Below the pieces are notes generated by a model. It saw only the letters and a list, made by a program, of their open reading frames with translations. It did not search any database and was not told where the DNA came from. Shown piece by piece: positions 17,794 through 27,359 of a stretch of 64,000 bases of DNA. Every line of letters starts with the position of its first letter. Within the stretch, counting starts at the first letter, position 1. This DNA is from Prevotella sp. GTDB lineage: Bacteria; Bacteroidota; Bacteroidia; Bacteroidales; Bacteroidaceae. The position numbers were made by a program, and so were the translations under genes. The DNA is taken from positions 27,369 through 91,368 of the forward strand of contig JAEEJK010000086.1 of the NCBI GenBank assembly GCA_016281815.1, given 5' to 3'.

Positions 17794-18294
17794 ATGATTG
17801 ACTTTGGTTTACTCTACGACAAACACATTGATAACCTGTTTGCCTTTGGCTCACGGTTTACCACCGACCGTGAGATGATCAAAGACTGTATCCAAGATGT
17901 CTTTGTAAAATTCTACACCAAGCGCCACTTGCTCATGAATGTAGGCAATCTTGAGAGTTATCTTTACATTTCATTGCGCAACCGCATCAACGATGAGTTC
18001 CGCCGCAACATCCACATCTGCGACAATGAGATTACCGACACCACCATGCGCCCCATCGCAGAAGCGCAAGAATATGAGAACGTGCGTGCCGAGCAACTCA
18101 ACATGCTGACGAACAGCGTCAAGAAATCCTTCTGCAAACTCTCTCCCCGTCAGCGCCAAATCATCAATCTCTACTATGTGGAGCACCACAAGTATGAGGA
18201 CATCTGCAAGATCATGGGCATCAACTACCAAAGCGTGCGCAACCTGATGCACCGCAGCATCAGCCGACTGCGCGAATATGCGGCAGTTCCTTAG
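17794..18294 (+). CDS. ECF-type sigma-70 factor (166 aa)
   Basis: Region 2 (LYDKH...LFAFG...DCIQDVFVKFY...YLYISLRNRIND) and region 4 (LSPRQRQIINLYY...KYEDICKIMGINYQSVRNLMHRSISRLR). Confidence 0.9.
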   Translation: MIDFGLLYDKHIDNLFAFGSRFTTDREMIKDCIQDVFVKFYTKRHLLMNVGNLESYLYISLRNRINDEFRRNIHICDNEITDTTMRPIAEAQEYENVRAEQLNMLTNSVKKSFCKLSPRQRQIINLYYVEHHKYEDICKIMGINYQSVRNLMHRSISRLREYAAVP

Positions 18295-18410
18295 TGCATA
18301 GTTCATAGTGCATAGTTCATAGTTCATAGGGCATAGTTCATAGGGCATAGTGCATAGTGTATAGTGCATAGTGTATAGGGCATAGTGTATAGGACATAGT
18401 TTATAGGTGA
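18292..18410 (+). repeat. Heptamer tandem array, 17 x TAGnnnA
   Basis: Units TAGTGCA/TAGTTCA/TAGGGCA/TAGTGTA etc., counted by hand. The first TAG is the sigma-factor stop codon. Confidence 0.95.
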
Positions 18411-18790
18411 GAGGTGATCGAGTGAAGGTTTTCAGTCTTTTTTCAGTCTTCGTCCTTGGCTTTGCCTTCTTTCTTTTTTCGTGCAGCAAGGAGCCGAAAA
18501 AGGAAGGAAGTCAGCCTGTCGTTATCGAAGAATCGTTGGGCATGCCCATGGAGGTCCAACAGGCAGACAGCGCCATCAATGATACCATTCTCCCAAGTGA
18601 AGAGACAGGAACGGCGGCATCCACCGACCCAAGCGTCCACACGTCATACGATGGCGGTTATCTTGACGGGGAAGCGATGGCCGAGGAAGACCGGTTGGCC
18701 GGCAGACCCGGCATGCAGGTGGGCATGGACGACGGCGACGATGACGATGACGACTATGAGGATGGTTTCGACGATGGTTATGAGGAATAG
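18407..18790 (+). CDS. Small lipoprotein with a highly acidic C-terminus (start uncertain)
   Basis: Hydrophobic stretch + LFS-C; DDGDDDDDDYEDGFDDGYEE tail. The GTG start lies in the last repeat unit. Confidence 0.55.
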   Translation: MRGDRVKVFSLFSVFVLGFAFFLFSCSKEPKKEGSQPVVIEESLGMPMEVQQADSAINDTILPSEETGTAASTDPSVHTSYDGGYLDGEAMAEEDRLAGRPGMQVGMDDGDDDDDDYEDGFDDGYEE

Positions 18791-18833
18791 GTGAGCCAAA
18801 AGAATGGTGAATGTAAGAAAAATGGAAATTTCT

Positions 18834-18864
18834 TTTGCATTGTCTTACACTTTCACTATTTTTG
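18834..18864 (+). promoter_or_regulatory. Bacteroidota promoter TTTG-N19-TATTTTTG for the HTCS gene
   Basis: -33 box at 18834-18837 and -7 box at 18857-18864. This implies the true start is ATG 18874 or 18895, not the track start at 18835. Confidence 0.7.
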
Positions 18865-18873
18865 CACACCTGT

Positions 18874-21759
18874 ATGAACCTGACCACCGAAAAGATGGCA
18901 CGATTAACCACGATCATCCTCATGCTTTTTGCTCTGCTGCCTGGAACCCTGGCAGCAACGCCCAAAACCACTGCCCCCCATAGCATCGATTCATTGCTGG
19001 CAGCATACGAGAAATCCCCCAAGTCAGACAAGGTCACACTGTGCCGCCAACTCCTTTCTGTATGTCTGGCAGACGAACAACTGTTCCATATCGACCGCCA
19101 GCCCGACAAGGACATGCCCCTTGACACACTCAATCTCCTCGTGTGGATGGCAGCGGAGCGTTACTACTATAACAAAAGTTACTTCAAGGAAAGCCTCGCT
19201 TTGATTGACAAGGCCCTTCCCCTGTCATCCGACCACTCACCCGAATATCATGCCATGCTGCTCTGCGACCGTGGATACTGCCTCTTCAAGACCAGCCGCA
19301 ACACCGAGGCCACCCAAGCCGAATTGGAAGCCGAGCAGTTCAGCAAGCGTCATGGTCTGCTGCTCTCTCTCGCCCGCTCCTACAACTACCTGGCCATCAT
19401 CAACCTTTCACTTGGTTACCTCGACGAGGCGAAACATTTTGTGCAGAAAGCCATTGATACCGACCGCCAGACAGGTTCGAACCAGAATACCCACAACTAC
19501 CTCGGCATCGCCTGCGAGGTGTATAATGTGGCCAAAGAGCCCGATATAGCCATCCGCTATGGCCACCAGGCCGTAGATGCCGCCCGTGCCATCGGCTATG
19601 ATGCCGGCGTAGTCAACCATCTCTCCCAACTGAGTTATGCCTACAACCGCAAGGGAGATTACCAACAGGCGCTGGCCATGTCGCAGGAGGCAGTGCGCAC
19701 TGTGGAAGAGATGGATGTGGTCGACCGCAACCTCTTGGCCATCAGTCTGGAGTATGTGGCATTCAACCTGCTCGACATGAAACGCAACAGCGAGGCCGTG
19801 CCCTACATCCAGCGCGCCATCCGCTTGCAAGAGGAACTGGGCAACTTCCGCTCTGTGTGCTACGACCACCTGTCGTTGGCCGAGGCCTTGGAGGTGGATC
19901 ACCCACATGAGTCGAACAAGGCCCTGCATCGCTATGCCAAGATGCTCGACTCGCTCCACCACGCCGAGATGCACGAAGCCCTCAGCAATGCCAACGCCAC
20001 CCTTCACAACGAGGAACTTCAGGAAAACAACGAAGAAATACAGCGCCAAAAGCGTCTGATTGCCATTGCCGCTGTGGCAGGCATTCTGCTTCTGTTGGCA
20101 GTCATCGCTGTTCTGTCCTACATCAACCGTCTGCGCCACCGTTCCCAGCGCGCCATCGAACGGCTCCAGGCCTACCGTGAGACCTTCTACACCCAAGTCA
20201 CCCATGAGGTCCGCACCCCACTTACTGTCATCCTCGGTCTGGCACAGCAGATGCACTCCGCAGAGGAGGATGCCGCCAAGAGAGATTCCCTTGCCATCAT
20301 CGAGCGCAACGGGCATTCTCTGCTCAACCTTGTCACCCAGTTGCTCGACATCTCCAAATTGTCCTCCGACAACAGCCAGTTCGGCTGGCAGGAGGGTGAT
20401 GTGGCAGCGTTTGTGGCGATGATAGCAGAGCGTTTCCAACCGATGGCATCGATGCATGGCATCCATCTGCATTTCGATGGTCCTTCACAACCCATTCATA
20501 CCTTCTTCGTTGCCGATGCCATGCAGAAGATGATGGACAACTTGATTGCCAACGCCATCAAGTTCACCCCACAAGACGGTAAAGTAACGGTAAGCATCAG
20601 CACCGCCGCGAAGAAGTATCATGTCAGCGTCACCGACACCGGCATCGGCATACCGCCCGAAGATATCAGCCATCTGTTTGAACCGTTCTACCAAGGCACC
20701 AACCATCAGTTCCTGGGCACTGGTGTGGGACTATCCCTTGTCAATCAACTGTCCAAGGCCCTCGGCGGACAGGTCGAGGTGAGCAGCATACCGGGCAAGG
20801 AAACCATATTCACCATCCACCTGCCGCTCAAGGATCGTCTCTCAGAAGGCGAGCGTCTTGTGACCCCCACAGGCCTTTCGGACACTCAGACCTACCAAGA
20901 TCCTGCCCAGGTCGGCATGCCATCTGATCTGGTTTCTGAGGACAACCCTGATGATGACGGACAGACACGGATTCTTGTGGTGGAAGACAATGCCGACGTA
21001 GCCGCTTTCATCGGCAGCGTGCTCAGCGACCGCTATTCCGTGGCTTATGCTTCCGATGGAGCGGAGGGAGAGCGGAAATCCTCCGAGTGGATGCCCGACC
21101 TCATTGTCACCGACGTGATGATGCCAGAGGTTGACGGGCTGGAACTGTGCCGCCGCATCCGCTCATCTGAACAGACCAACCATATCCCTATCATCATCAT
21201 CACAGCCCGCACTACCGACAGCGACCGCCTGAGCGGTTTTGAGGCAGGCGCCGAGGGCTATCTCTGCAAGCCCTTCCTCGCCGAAGAACTCCTGTTGAGG
21301 ATAGAAAAACTCCTCGAGCAACGCCATCTCCTCCAGCAAAAATTCCAGCAGTCGATGGCATCAAGCACAGAGGAAGCCACCATCTATGAGCGCAACCTTT
21401 CAGAGGCCAACAGTGCCTTCCTTCACAAACTCGACGATGCGATTCTGCGCCTGATGCCAGAGGGCAAACTCGACGTGCAGGATGTGGCAGCAGCAATTTT
21501 CCTGAGCCGCTCGCAATTAGGTCGGAAACTCCGTTCGGTGGTTGACATGTCTCCATCCGACTACATCAACGACGTACGTCTGAATGAAGTGAAGCGTCTC
21601 CTTCATTCGCAACCGTCTTTGACGTTGCTTGACATTGCCTTGCGCACCGGTTTCTCCGACCACGCCCACCTCTCCCATTCCTTCCGTCGCAAGTTCGGCA
21701 TCTCTCCCACACAATACATCCGTCAGAGCAACACAACGCCCTCTTCGCCCCTCACCTGA
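18874..21759 (+). CDS. Hybrid two-component sensor-regulator: TPR sensor, TM, HisKA, HATPase, REC, AraC HTH
   Basis: TPR-like helices (LARSYNYLAIINLSLG, LSQLSYAYNRKGDYQQAL); H-box THEVRTPL; NLIANAIKFT / DTGIGI / GTGVGLS; REC ILVVEDN...DVMMPEVDG; AraC TGFSDHAHLSHSFRRKFGISP. Confidence 0.92.
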   Translation: MNLTTEKMARLTTIILMLFALLPGTLAATPKTTAPHSIDSLLAAYEKSPKSDKVTLCRQLLSVCLADEQLFHIDRQPDKDMPLDTLNLLVWMAAERYYYNKSYFKESLALIDKALPLSSDHSPEYHAMLLCDRGYCLFKTSRNTEATQAELEAEQFSKRHGLLLSLARSYNYLAIINLSLGYLDEAKHFVQKAIDTDRQTGSNQNTHNYLGIACEVYNVAKEPDIAIRYGHQAVDAARAIGYDAGVVNHLSQLSYAYNRKGDYQQALAMSQEAVRTVEEMDVVDRNLLAISLEYVAFNLLDMKRNSEAVPYIQRAIRLQEELGNFRSVCYDHLSLAEALEVDHPHESNKALHRYAKMLDSLHHAEMHEALSNANATLHNEELQENNEEIQRQKRLIAIAAVAGILLLLAVIAVLSYINRLRHRSQRAIERLQAYRETFYTQVTHEVRTPLTVILGLAQQMHSAEEDAAKRDSLAIIERNGHSLLNLVTQLLDISKLSSDNSQFGWQEGDVAAFVAMIAERFQPMASMHGIHLHFDGPSQPIHTFFVADAMQKMMDNLIANAIKFTPQDGKVTVSISTAAKKYHVSVTDTGIGIPPEDISHLFEPFYQGTNHQFLGTGVGLSLVNQLSKALGGQVEVSSIPGKETIFTIHLPLKDRLSEGERLVTPTGLSDTQTYQDPAQVGMPSDLVSEDNPDDDGQTRILVVEDNADVAAFIGSVLSDRYSVAYASDGAEGERKSSEWMPDLIVTDVMMPEVDGLELCRRIRSSEQTNHIPIIIITARTTDSDRLSGFEAGAEGYLCKPFLAEELLLRIEKLLEQRHLLQQKFQQSMASSTEEATIYERNLSEANSAFLHKLDDAILRLMPEGKLDVQDVAAAIFLSRSQLGRKLRSVVDMSPSDYINDVRLNEVKRLLHSQPSLTLLDIALRTGFSDHAHLSHSFRRKFGISPTQYIRQSNTTPSSPLT

Positions 21760-21857
21760 CCTGTCTTTTCACAGGCAATTCAATGGTGAAGCCCATTTTG
21801 CGACATGGTGTCAAATCAATGCAGCAAATAGACAAATACGGAACCCACAAGGTTTCG

Positions 21858-21865
21858 TATTTTTG
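21858..21865 (+). promoter_or_regulatory. -7 promoter box TATTTTTG upstream of the small AraC gene
   Basis: Matches TAnnTTTG(C). Confidence 0.6.
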
Positions 21866-21888
21866 CTGATGATTAAAACCAAACACCT

Positions 21889-22257
21889 ATGAGCGTAAAA
21901 AACTACAGCGACAAGAAGTTGCTCGAACAACTATTCAACGTGCTCGATGAGAACATGGAAAAAGGGAAAGCCGACATCAAGACACTGGCTACCCAACTGG
22001 GCATCAGCACCTGCCAACTCAACCGCCGTATCAAGGAAGCCACCGGGCAGACCACGTCTGACTATGTCATGGGCATCCGTATCGAGAAGGCCAAGCGAAT
22101 GTTGTCGCAGTTTCCCGAGATCACTATTTACGACATCGCCCTGCAGTGTGGTTTTGCCGACACATCCCATTTCAGCCATGTTTTCCGCCGCAAGGAAGGA
22201 ATCTCTCCCAAGCAGTATATTCTTTTACAGCCCTCACGCCCCCCTCAGAAAGAATGA
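21889..22257 (+). CDS. Stand-alone AraC family HTH regulator (122 aa, no sensor domain)
   Basis: LATQLGISTCQLNRRIK...IRIEKAKRML...IYDIALQCGFADTSHFSHVFRRKEGISP. Confidence 0.9.
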   Translation: MSVKNYSDKKLLEQLFNVLDENMEKGKADIKTLATQLGISTCQLNRRIKEATGQTTSDYVMGIRIEKAKRMLSQFPEITIYDIALQCGFADTSHFSHVFRRKEGISPKQYILLQPSRPPQKE

Positions 22258-22271
22258 TTCTCGTTTTTGGC

Positions 22272-22355
22272 ATGTATCCGTCAGAAACTAATATGTATCC
22301 GTCAGAAACAAACATGCATCCGATAGACAACGATACGCATCCGATAGACAACGCT
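22272..22355 (+). repeat. Four tandem 21-bp direct repeats, putative AraC operator array
   Basis: ATGTATCCGTCAGAAACTAAT / ATGTATCCGTCAGAAACAAAC / ATGCATCCGATAGACAACGAT / ACGCATCCGATAGACAACGCT, with no spacers. Confidence 0.9.
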
Positions 22356-22372
22356 GAATTGTAAAAAATTCC

Positions 22373-22380
22373 TAAATTTG
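22373..22380 (+). promoter_or_regulatory. -7 promoter box TAAATTTG for the large exported-protein operon
   Basis: Matches TAnnTTTG(C), 17 bp downstream of the repeat array. Confidence 0.7.
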
Positions 22381-22466
22381 CATGTCGACATATACTATCC
22401 ATCGAGATAAGTAGCCTGTCTGCTGACACTAACCCACCTTTGAACCTCAATCACACCTTAAATTCC

Positions 22467-24422
22467 ATGCGGACATACACATTTCTCCTGACCCTTCTTA
22501 TCGCTGCGGTATCAGCCGTAGCCCAGGACTGGCAGCCCGTTGACGAGCATAAGTACAACGACGAGACCATTGTCTATGCGACATTGTGGGACCGCGAAGT
22601 CAGATTGTCTGAAAATGATCTCTATTACATTGTCGGTGTTTTCATAGATGGCGAGTGTCGTGCTTTGGCCAGGTCAGGCTATAGTTATGGAAATCCATTT
22701 TTATACACCCTCCGTGTTGTTGGTGACCGTGAGGCGGACAAGAACAAGAAGATGGAATTCCGCGTGTATGACAGTCAGACAGGCTTTGAATTCAATTTGT
22801 CAGCAGAGCGCGATGTCTTTTTCACAGGAGAGAGTGAGGGAGTGCCTTCAGATCCTATTTTCTTGTCTTTTATCCCTCCAACTTCACTGACGTTGTCCGA
22901 CATTTATATATATAAAGGTATAACGGTCAATCTCTATGATTATCTCCATGTCTTGCCAGAAAACTGCACATTGCCCAATGGCATCAGTTGGCAGGTGACA
23001 GGTGAAATTGCTGCGGTTGAAGGCAATATGTTGAAAGCGCTGCAGACAGGAACCACGACTTACACCCTTTTGATCAATGGCAAGGCAGTTGCCTCTGCCA
23101 AGGTAATTATAGAGGCAGGTGAGTTGCCTAAGGGTTTTATTGTCACTTTTGAGCCCGTTGCCGCAGGCGAGTCAAAGGTGATGACACTGACCCCCATTCC
23201 AGAGGATGCCTCTGTCGATGCCAATTGGTACAGTCTTGACATGACAGGTAAGATAAAAGGGTGGAAAGCCGCCGAGTGTGAGTTGGTCTCCACCGAACCG
23301 CTGACCTATCGTGTCACACCGCTTTATCCGGGTTGGATAGAGGTGCGTGTCAACAAGGACTCCATTCCGCTCTATGATACGAAGGGAGAGAGATATGTGG
23401 GTTTTGAAGCCGCTGCCCCCCTTAGGCTACAAAAGGGATGGCAGTGGTTGACCAACGCCTTCAACAGTATAGCAGCAGATGCATTCCAGACTGCCTATGA
23501 CGGAGATGCCCTCACAGAGATCCGCACACAGGAGCACCTGCTCTACAATGACCCCGAATGGGGCTATTTTGGCACCCTCATGGATGAGGGATTAGGACAG
23601 AACATTGCTTACAAGGTGCTGATGGCAGAGGGGCCACATCTCAGTCGGCTATTTGGAACTCGCTTTGCCACTCCCCTTCCTGTCGTTCTCGATGGCACAT
23701 GGACCTGGCTGCCTTTGCCATTCTGGTATGACCGTCGGCTTGGCCATGCCTTCACCAACACCGACTTGCCAGCAGGACTGACCCTCATCTCCAAGGAAAA
23801 AGGTTCTGCTGAGTGGAGCGGTACAGAATGGATAGGAGACCTGAAAGTGCTTCCTGCCGGCGAGAGCCTGTTATGCTATCACCCCACAGACCAGAGTTTC
23901 CTGCTCACATTTGCCGATGAGACTGCCATGGAGCAAGGCCATGAGCAACCAGCCTTTGCGGTCAACCGTGGGACTTGGGAATATGATGCCTCCTCATACC
24001 GTGACAATATGACCATGGTGGCAGTGATAGAGGATCTGCCATTCCCTGACGAATACACAATCGGAGCCTTCGTTGGCAGCGAATGCCGCGGTTCTGGAGC
24101 ATACACCGACGGTTACTATTTTATCACCATCCATACCGATCCAAGTGAGCGTGTCCGCTTTGTCTTGCGCCATGAGACAACGGGCATGGAATACCCCATT
24201 GATGAATGGGTACACTACAAGATGAGGCTGGGCAGCACCGCCCATCCCGTCCCCCTCCATTCCTCAGAATTGGCGACGGGCATCAGCCAGACGGGCACCA
24301 GCGAGACGAAGCCTGCTGATGTTTACGACCTGATGGGTCGGCGCGTGGCACCTTCCACTGGTCACGGCATCCTCCTCCGTCGTATGAATGATGGGCGAAT
24401 GCATAAAGTGCTTGTCAGATAA
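22467..24422 (+). CDS. Exported protein with an Ig-like domain and a T9SS-type C-terminal sorting signal; ORF track start 22440
   Basis: Signal peptide (..AVSAVAQ). A repeated module G(V/A)F(I/V)xxECR...FR occurs at both ends, with LxxGWxW repeats and a CTD ATGIS...VYDLMGRRV...KVLVR. Confidence 0.75.
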   Translation: MRTYTFLLTLLIAAVSAVAQDWQPVDEHKYNDETIVYATLWDREVRLSENDLYYIVGVFIDGECRALARSGYSYGNPFLYTLRVVGDREADKNKKMEFRVYDSQTGFEFNLSAERDVFFTGESEGVPSDPIFLSFIPPTSLTLSDIYIYKGITVNLYDYLHVLPENCTLPNGISWQVTGEIAAVEGNMLKALQTGTTTYTLLINGKAVASAKVIIEAGELPKGFIVTFEPVAAGESKVMTLTPIPEDASVDANWYSLDMTGKIKGWKAAECELVSTEPLTYRVTPLYPGWIEVRVNKDSIPLYDTKGERYVGFEAAAPLRLQKGWQWLTNAFNSIAADAFQTAYDGDALTEIRTQEHLLYNDPEWGYFGTLMDEGLGQNIAYKVLMAEGPHLSRLFGTRFATPLPVVLDGTWTWLPLPFWYDRRLGHAFTNTDLPAGLTLISKEKGSAEWSGTEWIGDLKVLPAGESLLCYHPTDQSFLLTFADETAMEQGHEQPAFAVNRGTWEYDASSYRDNMTMVAVIEDLPFPDEYTIGAFVGSECRGSGAYTDGYYFITIHTDPSERVRFVLRHETTGMEYPIDEWVHYKMRLGSTAHPVPLHSSELATGISQTGTSETKPADVYDLMGRRVAPSTGHGILLRRMNDGRMHKVLVR

Positions 24423-24465
24423 GAATCCTTGGGTGAGAAACAAAGAAACACAAAAAATAAAGACA

Positions 24466-27291
24466 ATGAAAAAACTGCTATCTTTATTATTCTTCCTGTT
24501 TGCAACAGTGGGAGTATGGGCTGATCATTGGACACCATCATCAGCCTACACACAGGGTGATGCGGTCATCTATGCAGAGGTGGTTTCCAACTCTTATACG
24601 GGCGCATCAGAAGTGGCTGCGTTTATTGATGGTGTGTGTGTCGCGTCAGCAAAAACCGAACATTTATATGGGGGTAGAGAGGGGATTAGGGCAATCTACG
24701 GCTATGTGCTGCGTGCCCGTGGCAACAATAATCTCGTCGGGAAGGAAATCACTTTCAAGGCCTACAATGACACGACAGGCTTGGAGTATAAACTGACACC
24801 AAGCGAGAAAATCACGTTTCAGTTAACGGGAACCTATGGGTATCCCTCCAATCCCATCAAACTCATGATGAAGGCACCTGAGTCTTATGCCATCAAACCG
24901 ATAGAGGTTGGTGTAGGAGAGAAGGTTGACCTCAACGACTTCTTGACATTAACGCCTGCCGATTCCGAGATACCCGACGGACTGTTTTGGACTATAAACG
25001 ACACCACTTATGCAGAAATTATCGACAGGCACTACTTGAAGGGAAAGGCCGTTGGAAGCGGAAAATTAATATTATGGGCGCCCTCCCCGGGAGGAAGACC
25101 TGATGTCATAGAAGGCAATTACACTGTTGTCAATCATGTCACCGCTATCAACATTGTCACTGATGAGGTCACTTTCGAACTGGGAGAACGTACCATCGAT
25201 CTCTTTATGCAAAACCGTCTTAACGGAGTAGTGGCCTATTCCCTCACGCCGGCCAATGCCACCGACAAGGTGAATTGGGAATTGAAAAATGACGGCATCA
25301 TTGTTATGGAAAATGGTACTTATCGCTCCAAGAAGGCTGGCGACACTCAGATTCGTCCTTATGTTGTGAAGAGTGACGGAAGCCGACTCTATCCCCCCAA
25401 CAACAAATGGATCAAGGTCCATATTGTCGTTTCCGTAACCGATATCGCCTTCGACACCTCCACCATCTATGCCAATGTAGGCGACGACATCTACCGACGT
25501 CTCGCCAACCATGTGGTGATAACCCCCAGTGATGCCACCAATCAGGACTTCACCTTCTCCACCACCTCCACAGGTCTTCTCGCCATCAATGGTACTTCCG
25601 CGGTGGTCAAGGGTGCGGGTTCTGGCACCATCACAGTCACATCGGCCGATGGTGCTAAGACAGGCAGCATCAGTTTCACGTTCTATAATCCGCTGAAGGA
25701 AGTGTCGTTCATAGAAGACCCTCTCTATTTCGACAAGAACTCGGAGACGGTGTCAAGCGTGCAGGGCAGGATAGCAAACAATATTGTCATTTCAGACATG
25801 TCAAGGGTGCAGGAAGGCATCATTGACTTGGCAGGTGTGCTCTCGGGTTCCGGCAGTGTTTCCTCCAGTGGGGTCTCCGTCACACTTACATCCAAGCAGT
25901 TGGAGAAGGGAGTCGCCAGCGTCACTGTCACCCTTGGATGGAAGGATTACTCCACCGACGATGCCGGCAAATTGGTATGGGGCTCTCCCCAAAGTTTTTC
26001 CGTCAACATTGGCTCGGAAATGACCTTCATTGACATTTTGGTTCGTCCCAATTCCGACGACCCGACTACTGGTGTGATACAGTTTATTCCGAGGCCAAAC
26101 GACATAGACTTCAACTGGGATGACTTGTCTTTTACCTTCTCCCACAACGACTTGGCCTGGAATTGTTTCTCTATCTCCAAGATAGCAAATGGCACATACA
26201 ATTACTCTTGTGATGTCCCCGGCACCTATATGATTTTTCTCAATAGTCCGATAGACAATAATTCAAGTGTAGAGATACCCTACAAAGCCATTTTGGAGAA
26301 CGGGTGGCAATGGAAGTCCAATCCTTATGGAATTGTTGAAAATTACGAATCATTCTTCGGCAGCAGTTTCTCAGAGGCACGCACATGGTCCGATCTGCTT
26401 ATCAACGATCCACTCTGGGGTTTCTACGGCACCATGCTCTCCAATGTACTCAAACAAAACGAGATGTACAAGGTGAAGATGGATGCCTCCAACACATCCT
26501 ATATTAGAAATGGAAATTTTGACGGCCATGCCGTTTCTGTTTCCATCCAACCCGGTTGGAACTGGGTTGGAAGTCCATTCATCTACAACCGTCTGTTGGC
26601 CAACAGCATCAAAAAGGACGGAGGCTTGGTCAAGGGTGTTGTCATCATGTCTAAGGACGATGGCTCGGCTGAATATGATGGAAGCAAATGGGTCGGTGAC
26701 CTGAAGTCCATCAGACGAGGACAGGGTTACATCATATACAATCCTGAAAGCAAGGCACTGTCCATCACTTTCAATGAGGAGAGTTCCATGGCTCCGGGCA
26801 ACGAGGATGGCTTACCTCTGGGCTCCCCTGTGCGTTCTGATCGTATGTGGGATTACGACCACACAAAGTTTGCCTCCAACATGACGGTGGTAGCCACCTT
26901 AGATAATCTGGAAGATGGAGACCGTTACACCATCGGTGCTTTTGTCGGAGATGAGTGCCGCGGCGAGGGCCGTTTCATCGATGGACTGGCATTCATCACC
27001 ATCCACAGCGAAGGCGGCGAGGAAGTAAAATTCCGTCTCTACGACACGCTCACGGGTATTTTCAGCGACATCGACCAGACCGTCATTTCCCAGACCCGTC
27101 TCGGTTCGCTTGACAATCCCCTGCGGCTCACCAGCCAAACCGTATCGACGGGCATCAGCACCCTCGATGGCAACTGTCTGTCTGACAGTGAGACCTTTGA
27201 TATCAATGGCAGACATCTCAACGGACTGAGACATGGTCTGAATATCGTGCGCAAGACCGACGGCAGTGTCCGCAAGGTCTTTGTGAAGTGA
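24466..27291 (+). CDS. Paralogous exported protein with multiple Ig-like (Big_2-like) domains and a T9SS-type CTD; ORF track start 24388
   Basis: Same architecture as the previous gene plus extra Ig repeats (TPANATDKVNW, ITPSDATNQ...VTSADGAKT). CTD STGIS...FDINGR...GLNIVRKTDGSVRKVFVK. Confidence 0.75.
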   Translation: MKKLLSLLFFLFATVGVWADHWTPSSAYTQGDAVIYAEVVSNSYTGASEVAAFIDGVCVASAKTEHLYGGREGIRAIYGYVLRARGNNNLVGKEITFKAYNDTTGLEYKLTPSEKITFQLTGTYGYPSNPIKLMMKAPESYAIKPIEVGVGEKVDLNDFLTLTPADSEIPDGLFWTINDTTYAEIIDRHYLKGKAVGSGKLILWAPSPGGRPDVIEGNYTVVNHVTAINIVTDEVTFELGERTIDLFMQNRLNGVVAYSLTPANATDKVNWELKNDGIIVMENGTYRSKKAGDTQIRPYVVKSDGSRLYPPNNKWIKVHIVVSVTDIAFDTSTIYANVGDDIYRRLANHVVITPSDATNQDFTFSTTSTGLLAINGTSAVVKGAGSGTITVTSADGAKTGSISFTFYNPLKEVSFIEDPLYFDKNSETVSSVQGRIANNIVISDMSRVQEGIIDLAGVLSGSGSVSSSGVSVTLTSKQLEKGVASVTVTLGWKDYSTDDAGKLVWGSPQSFSVNIGSEMTFIDILVRPNSDDPTTGVIQFIPRPNDIDFNWDDLSFTFSHNDLAWNCFSISKIANGTYNYSCDVPGTYMIFLNSPIDNNSSVEIPYKAILENGWQWKSNPYGIVENYESFFGSSFSEARTWSDLLINDPLWGFYGTMLSNVLKQNEMYKVKMDASNTSYIRNGNFDGHAVSVSIQPGWNWVGSPFIYNRLLANSIKKDGGLVKGVVIMSKDDGSAEYDGSKWVGDLKSIRRGQGYIIYNPESKALSITFNEESSMAPGNEDGLPLGSPVRSDRMWDYDHTKFASNMTVVATLDNLEDGDRYTIGAFVGDECRGEGRFIDGLAFITIHSEGGEEVKFRLYDTLTGIFSDIDQTVISQTRLGSLDNPLRLTSQTVSTGISTLDGNCLSDSETFDINGRHLNGLRHGLNIVRKTDGSVRKVFVK

Positions 27292-27359
27292 CTCTTACCC
27301 CCTCACCTCATCCATCAGCCATGATGGGTGAGGGAGACACAAACCGATAAAAACCAAAG

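Noticed and set aside
22272-22355. CRISPR array
   Set aside because: The 21-bp units are contiguous with no unique spacers, there are only four, and no cas genes were recognised. An operator array fits better.
22467-27291. Diversity-generating retroelement acting on the paralogous genes
   Set aside because: No reverse transcriptase in the window, and no near-identical TR/VR pair differing only at adenines. The paralogy is visible at protein level only.
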